Source: Eledone cirrhosa
Taxonomy: Eukaryota
Direction: 5' to 3'
DNA: 64,000 nt
Assembly: GCA_964016885.1 (NCBI GenBank)
Contig: OZ024744.1
Location: 119,102,001 to 119,166,000, forward strand
How positions within the stretch are numbered: position 1 is the first letter of the stretch; the number at the start of each line of letters is the position of its first letter. The translations under genes were made by a program, and so were the position numbers. Positions 1 through 14,400 of the stretch are shown piece after piece. A model generated the notes under the pieces. The model did not search any database. It saw only the letters and a list, made by a program, of their open reading frames with translations, and was not told the DNA's origin.

Positions 1-2689
1 TGACTTGGTGTTACTAACATTATTACTGTAACAACTGACTTGGTGTTACTAACGTTATTACTGTAACAACTGACTTGGTGTTACTAACATTATTACTGTA
101 ACAACTGACCTGGTGTTACTAACATTATTACTGTAACAACTGACTTGGTGTTACTAACATTATTACTGTAACAACTGACTTGGTGTTACTAACATTATTA
201 CTGTAACAACTGACTAATGTTACTAACATTATTACTGTAACAACTGACTTGGTGTTACTAACATTATTACTGTAACAACTGACTTGGTGTTACTAACATT
301 ATTACTGTAACAACTGACTTGGTGTTACTAACATTATTACTGTAACAACTGACTAATGTTACTAACATTATTACTGTAACAACTGACTTGGTGTTACTAA
401 CATTATTACTGTAACAACTGACTAATGTTACTAACATTATTAGTGTAACAACTGACTAATGTTACTAACATTATTACTGTAACAACTGATTAATGTTACT
501 AACATTTTTACTGTAATAACTGACTTGGTGTTACTAACATTATTACTGTAACAACAGACTTGGTGTTACTAACATTATTACTGTAACAACTGACTTGGTG
601 TTACTAACGTTATTACTGTAACAACTGACTTGGTATTACTTACATTATTACTATAACAACTGACTTGGTGTTACTAACATTATTACTGTAACAACTGACT
701 AATGTTACCTACATTATTACTGTAACAATTAACTTGGTGTAACTAACATTATTACTGTAACAACTGACTAATGTTACTAACATTATTACTGTAACAACTG
801 ACTTGGTGTTACTAACATTATTACTGTAACAACTGACTAATGTTACTAACATTATTACTGTAACAACTGACTAATGTTACTAACATTATTACTCTAACAA
901 CTGACTAATGTTACTAACATTATTACTGTAACAACTGACTAATGTTACTAACATTATTACTGTAACAACTGACTAATGTTACTAACATTATTACTGTAAC
1001 AACTGACTTGGTGTTACTAACATTATTACTGTAACAACTGACTTGGTGTTACTAACATTATTACTGTAACAACTGACTTGGTGTTACTAACATTATTACT
1101 GTAACAACTGACTAATGTTACTAACATTATTACTGTAACACCTGACTTGGTGTTACTAACATTATTACTGTAACAACTGACTTGCTGTTACTAACATTAT
1201 TTCTGTAAAAACTGACTTGTTGTTACTAACATTATTACTGTAACAACTGACTAATGTTACTAACATTATTACTGTAACAACTGACTAATGTTACTAACAT
1301 TATTACTGTAACAATTGACTTGCTGTTACTAACATTATTACTGTAACAACTGACTTGCTGTTACTAACATTATTACTGTAACAACTGACTTGGTGTTACT
1401 AACATTATTACTGTAACAACTGACTTGCTGTTACTAACATTATTACTGTAACAATTGACTTGGTGTTACTAACATTATTACTGTAACAACTGACTAATGT
1501 TACTAATATTATTACTGTAACAATTGACTTGGTGTTACTAACATTATTACTGTAACAACTGACTAATGTTACTAACATTATTACTGTAACAACTGACTAA
1601 TGTTACTAACATTATTACTGTAACAATTGACTTGGTGTTACTAACATTATTACTGTAACAACTGACTAATGGTACTAACATTATTACTGTAACAATTGAC
1701 TTGGTGTTACTAACATTATTACTGTAACAACTGACTAATGTTACTAATATTATTACTGTAACAATTGACTTGGTGTTACTAACATTATTACTGTAACAAC
1801 TGACTAATGTTACTAACATTATTACTGTCACAACTGACTAATGTTACTAACATTATTACTGTAACAATTGACTTGGTGTTACTAACATTATTACTGTAAC
1901 AACTGACTAATGTTACTAACATTATTACTGTAACAACTGAATAATGGTACTAACATTATTACTGTAACAACTGACTTGGTGTTACTAACATTATTACTGT
2001 AACAACTGACTTGGTGTTACTAACATTATTACCGTAACAACTGACTTGGTGTTACTAACATTATTACTGTAACAACTGACCTGGTGTTACTAATATTATT
2101 ACTGTAACAACTGACTTGGTGTTACTAACATTATTACTGTAACAACTGACTTGGTGTTACTAACATTATTACTGTAACAACTGACTAATGTTACTAACAT
2201 TATTACTGTAACAACTGACTTGGTGTTACTAACATTATTACTGTAACAACTGACTTGGTGTTACTAACATTATTACTGTAACAACTGACTTGGTGTTACT
2301 AACATTATAACTGTAACAACTGACTTGGTGTTACTAGCATTATTACTGTAACAACTGACTAATGTTACTAACATTATTACTGTAACAACTGACTTGGTGT
2401 TACTAACATTATTACTGTAACAACTGACTTGGTGTTACTAACATTATTACTGTAACAACTGACTTGGTGTTACTAACATTATTACTGTAACAACTGACTA
2501 ATGTTACTAACATTATTACTGTAACAACTGACTTGGTGTTACTAACATTATTACTGTAACAACTGACTAATGTTACTAACATTATTACTGTAACAACTGA
2601 CTAATGTTACTAACATTATTACTGTAACAACTGACTTGGTGTTACTAACATTATTACTGTAACAACTGACTTGGTGTTACTAACATTAT

Positions 2690-4640
2690 TACTGTAACAA
2701 CTGACTTGGTGTTACTTATATTATTACTGTAACAACTGACTTGGTGTTACTAACACTATTACTGTAACAACTGACTAATGTTACCTACATTATTACTGTA
2801 ACAACTGACTAATGTTACTAACATTTTTACTGTAATAACTGACTTGGTGTTACTAACATTATTACTGTAACAACTGACTTGGTGTTACTAACATTATTAC
2901 TGTAACAACTGACTTGGTGTTACTAACATTATTACTGTAACAACTGACTTGGTGTTACTTATATTATTACTGTAACAACTGACTTGGTGTTACTAACATT
3001 ATTACTGTAACAACTGACTAATGTTACCTACATTATTACTGTAACAACTGACTAATGTTACTAACATTATTACTGTAACAACTGACTTGGTTTAAACTAA
3101 CATTATTACTGTAACAACTGACTTCGTGTTACTAACATTATTACTGTAACAACTGACTTGGTGTTACATTATTACTGTAACAACTGACTTGGTGTTACTA
3201 ACATTATTACTGTAACAACTGACTAATGTTACTAACATTATTACTGTAACAACTGACTTGGTGTTACTAACATTATTACTGTAACAACTGACTAATGTTA
3301 CTAACATTATTACTGTAACAACTGACTAATGTTACTAACATTATTACTGTAACACCTGACTTGGTGTTACTAACATTATTACTGTAACAACTGACTTGCT
3401 GTTACTAACATTATTACTGTAACAACTGACTTGGTGTTACTAACATTATTACTGTAACAACTGACTAATGTTACTAACATTATTACTGTAACAACTGACT
3501 AATGTTACTAACATTATTACTGTAACAACTGACTTGCTGTTACTAACATTATTACTGTAACAACTGACTTGCTGTTACTAACATTATTACTGTAACAACT
3601 GACTTGGTGTTACTAACATTATTACTGTAACAACTGACTTGCTGTTACTAACATTATTACTGTAACAATTGACTTGGTGTTACTTATATTATTACTGTAA
3701 CAACTGACTTGGTGTTACTAACACTATTACTGTAACAACTGACTAATGTTACCTACATTATTACTGTAACAACTGACTAATGTTACTAACATTTTTACTG
3801 TAATAACTGACTTGGTGTTACTAACATTATTACTGTAACAACTGACTTGGTGTTACTAACATTATTACTGTAACAACTGACTTGGTGTTACTAACATTAT
3901 TACTGTAACAACTGACTTGGTGTTACTTATATTATTACTGTAACAACTGACTTGGTGTTACTAACATTATTACTGTAACAACTGACTAATGTTACCTACA
4001 TTATTACTGTAACAACTGACTAATGTTACTAACATTATTACTGTAACAACTGACTTGGTTTAAACTAACATTATTACTGTAACAACTGACTTCGTGTTAC
4101 TAACATTATTACTGTAACAACTGACTTGGTGTTACTTACATTATTACTGTAACAACTGACTTGGTGTTACTAACATTATTACTGTAACAACTGACTAATG
4201 TTACTAACATTATTACTGTAACAACTGACTTGGTGTTACTAACATTATTACTGTAACAACTGACTAATGTTACTAACATTATTACTGTAACAACTGACTA
4301 ATGTTACTAACATTATTACTGTAACACCTGACTTGGTGTTACTAACATTATTACTGTAACAACTGACTTGCTGTTACTAACATTATTACTGTAACAACTG
4401 ACTTGGTGTTACTAACATTATTACTGTAACAACTGACTAATGTTACTAACATTATTACTGTAACAACTGACTAATGTTACTAACATTATTACTGTAACAA
4501 CTGACTTGCTGTTACTAACATTATTACTGTAACAACTGACTTGCTGTTACTAACATTATTACTGTAACAACTGACTTGGTGTTACTAACATTATTACTGT
4601 AACAACTGACTTGCTGTTACTAACATTATTACTGTAACAA
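2690..4640. repeat. Higher-order tandem duplication, about 968-972 bp x2
   Basis: Rare variants repeat at a 968 offset: GTTACTTATA 2711/3679 and TTTAAAC 3091/4059; CTTCGTG is in both copies. A 4-bp indel at about 3165 distinguishes the copies. Confidence 0.85.
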
Positions 4641-5459
4641 TTGACTTGGTGTTACTAACATTATTACTGTAACAACTGACTAATGTTACTAACATTATTA
4701 CTGTAACAACTGACTAATGGTACTAACATCATTACTGTAACAACTGACTTGGTGTTACTAACGTTATTACTGTAACAACTGACTAATGTTACTAACATTA
4801 TTACTGTAACAACTGACTAATGTTACTAACATTATTACTGTAACAACTGACTTGTTGTTACTAACATTATTACTGTAACAACTGACTTGGTGTTACTAAC
4901 ATTATTACTGTAACAACTGAGTTGGTGTTACTAACATTATTACTGTAACAACTGACTTGGTGTTATTAACATTATTACTGTAACAACTGACTTGGTGTTA
5001 CTAACATTATTACTGTAACCACTGACTAATGTTACTAACATTATTACTGTAACAACTGACTTGGTGTTACTAACATTATTACTGTAACAACTGACTTGGT
5101 GTTACTAACATTATTACTGTAACAACTGACTTGGTGTTACTAACATTATTACTGTAACAACTGACTTGGTGTTACTAACATTATTACTGTAACAACTGAC
5201 TTGGTGTTACTAACATTATTACTGTAACAACTGACTTGCTGTTACTAACATTATTACTGTAACAACTGATTTGCTGTTACTAACATTATTACTGTAACAA
5301 TTGACTTGGTGTTACTAACATTATTACTGTAACAACTGACTAATGTTACTAACATTATTACTGTAACAACTGGCTAATGGTACTAACATTATTACTGTAA
5401 CAACTGACTTGGTGTCACTAACATTATTACTGTAACAACTGACTTGGTGTTACTAACAT

Positions 5460-8400
5460 TATTACTGTAACAACTGACTAATGTTACTAGCATTATTACT
5501 GTAACAACTGACTAATGTTACTAACATTATTACTGTAACAACTGACTAATGTTACTAACATTCTTACTGTAACAAATGACTAATGTTACTAACATTATTA
5601 CTGTAACAACTGACTTGGTGTTACTAACATTATTACTGTAACAACTGACTAATGTTACTAACATTATTACTGTAACAACTGACTTGGTGTTACTAACATT
5701 ATTACTGTAACTACTAACTAATGTTACTAACATTATTACTGTAACAACTGACTTGGTGTTACTAACATTATTACTGTAACAACTGACTTGGTGTTACTAA
5801 CATTATTACTGTAACAACTGACTAATGTTACTAACATTATTACTGTAACAACTGACTTGGTGTTACTAACATTATTACTGTAACAACTGACTTGGTGTTA
5901 CTAACATTATTACTGTAACAACTGACTAATGTTACTAATATTATTACTGTAACAACTGACTTAGTGTTACTAACATTATTACTGTAACAATTGACTTGGT
6001 GTTACTAACATTATTACTGTAACAACTGACTTGGTGTTACTAACATTATTACTGTAACAACTGACTAATGTTACTGACGTTATTACTGTAACCACTGACT
6101 TGGTGTTACTAACATTATTACTGTAACAACTGACTAATGTTACTAACATTATTACTGTAACAACTGACTAATGTTACTAACATTATTACTGTAACAACTG
6201 ACTTGGTGTTACTAACATTATTACTGTAACAACTGACTAATGGTACTAACATTATTACTGTAACAACTGACTTGGTGTTACTAACATTATTACTGTAACA
6301 ACTGACTTGGTGTTACTTACATTATTACTGTAACAACTGACTTGGTGTTACTAACATTATTACTGTAACAACTGGCTAATGTTTCCTACATTATTACTGT
6401 AATAATTGACTTGGTGTTACTAACATTATTACTGTAACAACTGACTAATGTTACTAACATTATTACTGTAACAACTGACTTGGTGTTACTAACATTATTA
6501 CTGTAACAACTGACTAATGTTACTAACATTATTACTGTAACAACTGACTAATGTTACTAACATTATTACTGTAACACCTGACTTGGTGTTACTAACATTA
6601 TTACTGTAACAACTGACTTGCTGTTACTAACATTATTACTGTAACAACTGACTTGGTGTTACTAACATTATTACTGTAACAACTGACTAATGTTACTAAC
6701 ATTATTACTGTAACAACTGACTAATGTTACTAACATTATTACTGTAACAACTGACTTGCTGTTACTAACATTATTACTGTAACAACTGACTTGCTGTTAC
6801 TAACATTATTACTGTAACAACTGACTTGGTGTTACTAACATTATTACTGTAACAACTGACTTGCTGTTACTAACATTATTACTGTAACAATTGACTTGGT
6901 GTTACTAACATTATTACTGTAACAACTGACTAATGTTACTAACATTATTACTGTAACAACTGACTAATGGTACTAACATTATTACGGTAACAACTGACTT
7001 GGTGTTACTAACGTTATTACTGTAACAACTGACTTGGTGTTACTAACATTATTACTGTAACAACTGACTTGGTGTTACTAACATTATTACTGTAACAACT
7101 GACTTGGTGTTACTAACATTATTACTGTAACAACTGACTTGGTGTTACTAACATTATTACTGTAACCACTGACTAATGTTACTAACATTATTATTGTAAC
7201 AACTGACTTGGTGTTACTAACATTATTACTGTAACAACTGACTTGGTGTTACTAACATTATTACTGTAACAACTGACTTGGTGTTACTAACATTATTACT
7301 GTAACAACTGACTTGCTGTTACTAACATTATTACTGTAACAACTGACTTGGTGTTACTAACATGATTACTGTAACAACTGACTAATGTTACTAACATTAT
7401 TACTGTAACAACTGACTAATGGTACTAACATTATTACTGTAACAACTGACTTGGTGTCACTAACATTATTACTGTAACAACTGACTTGGTGTTACTAACA
7501 TTATTAGTGTAACAACTGACTAATGTTACTAACATTATTACTGTAACAACTGACTAATGTTACTAACATTATTACTGTAACACCTGACTTGGTGTTACTA
7601 ACATTATTACTGTAACAACTGACTTGGTGTTACTAACATTATTACTGTAACAACTGACTTGGTGTTACTAACATTATTACTGTAACAATTGACTAATGTT
7701 ACTAGCATTATTACTGTAACAACTGACTAATGTTACTAACATTATTACTGTAACAACTGACTAATGTTACTAACATTTTTACTGTAACAAATGACTAATG
7801 TTACTAACATTATTACTGTAACAACTGACTTGGTGTTACTAACATTATTACTGTAACAACTGACTAATGTTACTAACATTATTACTGTAACACCTGACTT
7901 GGTGTTACTAACATTATTACTGTAACTACTAACTAATGTTACTAACATTATTACTGTAACAACTGACTTGGTGTTACTAACATTATTACTGTAACAACTG
8001 ACTTGGTGTTACTAACATTATTACTGTAACAACTGACTAATGTTACTAACATTATTACTGTAACAACTGACTTGGTGTTACTAACATTATTACTGTAACA
8101 ACTGACTTGGTGTTACTAACATTATTACTGTAACAACTGACTAATGTTACTAACATTATTACTGTAACAACTGACTTAGTGTTACTAACATTATTACTGT
8201 AACAATTGACTTGGTGTTACTAACATTATTACTGTAACAACTGACTTGGTGTTACTAACATTATTACTGTAACAACTGACTAATGTTACTGACGTTATTA
8301 CTGTAACCACTGACTTGGTGTTACTAACATTATTACTGTAACAACTGACTAATGTTACTAACATTATTACTGTAACAACTGACTAATGTTACTAACATTA

Positions 8401-11400
8401 TTACTGTAACAACTGACTTGGTGTTACTAACATTATTACTGTAACAACTGACTAATGGTACTAACATTATTACTGTAACAACTGACTTGGTGTTACTAAC
8501 ATTTTTACTGTAACAACTGACTTGGTGTTACTTACATTATTACTGTAACAACTGACTTGGTGTTACTAACATTATTACTGTAACAACTGACTAATGTTTC
8601 CTACATTATTACTGTAACAATTGACTTGGTGTTACTAACATTATTACTGTAACAACTGACTAATGTTACTAACATTATTACTGTAACAACTGACTTGGTG
8701 TTACTAACATTATTATTGTAACTACTAACTAATGTTACTAACATTATTACTGTAACAACTGACTTGGTGTTACTAACATTATTACTGTAAAAACTGACTT
8801 GGTGTTACTAACATTATTACTGTAACAACTGACTAAAGTTACTAACATTATTACTGTAACAACTGACTAAAGTTACTAACATTATTACTGTAACAACTGA
8901 CTAATGTTACTAATATTATTACTGTAACAACTGACTAATGTTACTAACATTATTACTGTAACAACTGACTTGCTGTTACTAACATTATTACTGTAACAAC
9001 TGACTTGCTGTTACTAACATTATTACTGTAACAACTGACTTGGTGTTACTAACATTATTACTGTAACAACTGACTTGCTGTTACTAACATTATTACTGTA
9101 ACAATTGACTTGGTGTTACTAACATTATTACTGTAACAACTGACTAATGTTACTAACATTATTACTGTAACAACTGACTAATGGTACTAACATTATTACG
9201 GTAACAACTGACTTGGTGTTACTAACGTTATTACTGTAACAACTGACTTGGTGTTACTAACATTATTACTGTAACAACTGACTTGGTGTTACTAACATTA
9301 TTACTGTAACAACTGACTTGGTGTTACTAACATTATTACTGTAACAACTGACTTGGTGTTACTAACATTATTACTGTAACCACTGACTAATGTTACTAAC
9401 ATTATTACTGTAACAACTGACTTGGTGTTACTAACATTATTACTGTAACAACTGACTTGGTGTTACTAACATTATTACTGTAACAATTGACTAATGTTAC
9501 TAGCATTATTACTGTAACAACTGACTAATGTTACTAACATTATTACTGTAACAACTGACTAATGTTACTAACATTTTTACTGTAACAAATGACTAATGTT
9601 ACTAACATTATTACTGTAACAACTGACTTGGTGTTACTAACATTATTACTGTAACAACTGACTAATGTTACTAACATTATTACTGTAACACCTGACTTGG
9701 TGTTACTAACATTATTACTGTAACTACTAACTAATGTTACTAACATTATTACTGTAACAACTGACTTGGTGTTACTAACATTATTACTGTAACAACTGAC
9801 TTGGTGTTACTAACATTATTACTGTAACAACTGACTAATGTTACTAACATTATTACTGTAACAACTGACTTGGTGTTACTAACATTATTACTGTAACAAC
9901 TGACTTGGTGTTACTAACATTATTACTGTAACAACTGACTAATGTTACTAACATTATTACTGTAACAACTGACTTAGTGTTACTAACATTATTACTGTAA
10001 CAATTGACTTGGTGTTACTAACATTATTACTGTAACAACTGACTTGGTGTTACTAACATTATTACTGTAACAACTGACTAATGTTACTGACGTTATTACT
10101 GTAACCACTGACTTGGTGTTACTAACATTATTACTGTAACAACTGACTAATGTTACTAACATTATTACTGTAACAACTGACTAATGTTACTAACATTATT
10201 ACTGTAACAACTGACTTGGTGTTACTAACATTATTACTGTAACAACTGACTAATGGTACTAACATTATTACTGTAACAACTGACTTGGTGTTACTAACAT
10301 TTTTACTGTAACAACTGACTTGGTGTTACTTACATTATTACTGTAACAACTGACTTGGTGTTACTAACATTATTACTGTAACAACTGACTAATGTTTCCT
10401 ACATTATTACTGTAACAATTGACTTGGTGTTACTAACATTATTACTGTAACAACTGACTAATGTTACTAACATTATTACTGTAACAACTGACTTGGTGTT
10501 ACTAACATTATTATTGTAACTACTAACTAATGTTACTAACATTATTACTGTAACAACTGACTTGGTGTTACTAACATTATTACTGTAAAAACTGACTTGG
10601 TGTTACTAACATTATTACTGTAACAACTGACTAAAGTTACTAACATTATTACTGTAACAACTGACTAAAGTTACTAACATTATTACTGTAACAACTGACT
10701 AATGTTACTAATATTATTACTGTAACAACTGACTAATGTTACTAACATTATTACTGTAACAACTGACTTGCTGTTACTAACATTATTACTGTAACAACTG
10801 ACTTGCTGTTACTAACATTATTACTGTAACAACTGACTTGGTGTTACTAACATTATTACTGTAACAACTGACTTGCTGTTACTAACATTATTACTGTAAC
10901 AATTGACTTGGTGTTACTAACATTATTACTGTAACAACTGACTAATGTTACTAACATTATTACTGTAACAACTGACTAATGGTACTAACATTATTACGGT
11001 AACAACTGACTTGGTGTTACTAACGTTATTACTGTAACAACTGACTTGGTGTTACTAACATTATTACTGTAACAACTGACTTGGTGTTACTAACATTATT
11101 ACTGTAACAACTGACTTGGTGTTACTAACATTATTACTGTAACAACTGACTTGGTGTTACTAACATTATTACTGTAACCACTGACTAATGTTACTAACAT
11201 TATTACTGTAACAACTGACTTGGTGTTACTAACATTATTACTGTAACAACTGACTAATGTTTCCTACATTATTACTGTAACAATTGACTTGGTGTTACTA
11301 ACATTATTACTGTAACAACTGACTAATGTTACTAACATTATTACTGTAACAACTGACTTGGTGTTACTAACATTATTATTGTAACTACTAACTAATGTTA

Positions 11401-14400
11401 CTAACATTATTACTGTGACAACTGACTTGGTGTTACTAACATTATTACTGTAACAACTGACTAATGTTACTAACATTATTACTGTAACAACTGACTAATG
11501 TTACTAACATTATTACTGTAACACCTGACTTGGTGTTACTAACATTATTACTGTAACAACTGACTTGCTGTTACTAACATTATTACTGTAACAACTGACT
11601 TGGTGTTACTAACATTATTACTGTAACAACTGACTAATGTTACTAACATTATTACTGTAACAACTGACTAATGTTACTAACATTATTACTGTAACAACTG
11701 ACTTGCTGTTACTAACATTATTACTGTAAAAACTGACTTGCTGTTACTAACATTATTACTGTAACAACTGACTTGGTGTTACTAACATTATTACTGTAAC
11801 AACTGACTTGCTGTTACTAACATTATTACTGTAACAATTGACTTGGTGTTACTAACATTATTACTGTAACAACTGACTAATGTTACTAACATTATTACTG
11901 TAACAACTGACTAATGGTACTAACATTATTACGGTAACAACTGACTTGGTGTTACTAACGTTATTACTGTAACAACTGACTTGGTGTTACTAACATTATT
12001 ACTGTAACAACTGACTTGGTGTTACTAACATTATTACTGTAACAACTGACTTGGTGTTACTAACATTATTACTGTAACAACTGACTTGGTGTTACTAACA
12101 TTATTACTGTAACCACTGACTAATGTTACTAACATTATTATTGTAACAACTGACTTGGTGTTACTAACATTATTACTGTAACAACTGACTTGGTGTTACT
12201 AACATTATTACTGTAACAACTGACTTGGTGTTACTAACATTATTACTGTAACAACTGACTTGCTGTTACTAACATTATTACTGTAACAACTGACTTGGTG
12301 TTACTAACATGATTACTGTAACAACTGACTAATGTTACTAACATTATTACTGTAACAACTGACTAATGGTACTAACATTATTACTGTAACAACTGACTTG
12401 GTGTCACTAACATTATTACTGTAACAACTGACTTGGTGTTACTAACATTATTAGTGTAACAACTGACTAATGTTACTAACATTATTACTGTAACAACTGA
12501 CTAATGTTACTAACATTATTACTGTAACACCTGACTTGGTGTTACTAACATTATTACTGTAACAACTGACTTGGTGTTACTAACATTATTACTGTAACAA
12601 TTGACTAATGTTACTAACATTATTACTGTAACAACTGACTAATGTTACTAACATTATTACTGTAACAACTGACTTGGTGTTACTAACATTATTACTGTAA
12701 CAACTGACTTGGTGTTACTAACATTATTACTGTAACAACTGACTAATGTTACTAACATTATTACTGTAACAACTGACTTGGTGTTACTAACATTATTACT
12801 GTAACAATTGACTTGGTGTTACTAACATTATTACTGTAACAATTGACTAATGTTACTAACATTATTACTGTAACAACTGACTTGGTGTTACTAACATTAT
12901 TACTGTAACAACTGACTTGGTGTTACTAACATTATTACTGTAACTACTAACTAATGTTACTAACATTATTACTGTAACAACTGACTTGGTGTTACTAACA
13001 TTATTACTGTAACAACTGACTTGGTGTTACTAACATTATTACTGTAACAACTGACTTGGTGTTACTAACATTATTACTGTAACAACTGACTTGGTGTTAC
13101 TAACATTATTACTGTAACAACTGACTAATGTTACTAACATTATTACTGTAACAACTGACTTGGTGTTACTAACATTATTACTGTAACAACTGACTAATGT
13201 TACTAACATTATTACTGTAACAACTGACTTGGTGTTACTAACATTATTACTGTAACTACTAACTAATGTTACTAACATTATTACTGTAACAACTGACTTG
13301 GTGTTACTAACATTATTACTGTAACAACTGACTTGGTGTTACTAACATTATTACTGTAACAACTGACTAATGTTACTAACATTATTACTGTAACAACTGA
13401 CTTGGTGTTACTAACATTATTACTGTAACAACTGACTTGGTGTTACTAACATTATTACTGTAACAACTGACTAATGTTCCTAACATTATTACTGTAACAA
13501 CTGACTTAGTGTTACTAACATTATTACTGTAACAATTGACTTGGTGTTACTAACATTATTACTGTAACAACTGACTTGGTGTTACTAACATTATTACTGT
13601 AACAACTGACTAATGTTACTGACGTTATTACTGTAACCACTGACTTGGTGTTACTAACATTATTACTGTAACAACTGACTAATGTTACTAACATTATTAC
13701 TGTAACAACTGACTAATGTTACTAACATTATTACTGTAACAACTGACTTGGTGTTACTAACATTATTACTGTAACAACTGACTAATGGTACTAACATTAT
13801 TACTGTAACAACTGACTTGGTGTTACTAACATTATTACTGTAACAACTGACTTGGTGTTACTTACATTATTACTGTAACAACTGACTTGGTGTTACTAAC
13901 ATTATTACTGTAACAACTGGCTAATGTTTCCTACATTATTACTGTAATAATTGACTTGGTGTTACTAACATTATTACTGTAACAACTGACTAATGTTACT
14001 AACATTATTACTGTAACAACTGACTTGGTGTTACTAACATTATTACTGTAACAACTGACTAATGTTACTAACATTATTACTGTAACAACTGACTAATGTT
14101 ACTAACATTATTACTGTAACACCTGACTTGGTGTTACTAACATTATTACTGTAACAACTGACTTGCTGTTACTAACATTATTACTGTAACAACTGACTTG
14201 GTGTTACTAACATTATTACTGTAACAACTGACTAATGTTACTAACATTATTACTGTAACAACTGACTAATGTTACTAACATTATTACTGTAACAACTGAC
14301 TTGCTGTTACTAACATTATTACTGTAACAACTGACTTGCTGTTACTAACATTATTACTGTAACAACTCACTTGGTGTTACTAACATTATTACTGTAACAA

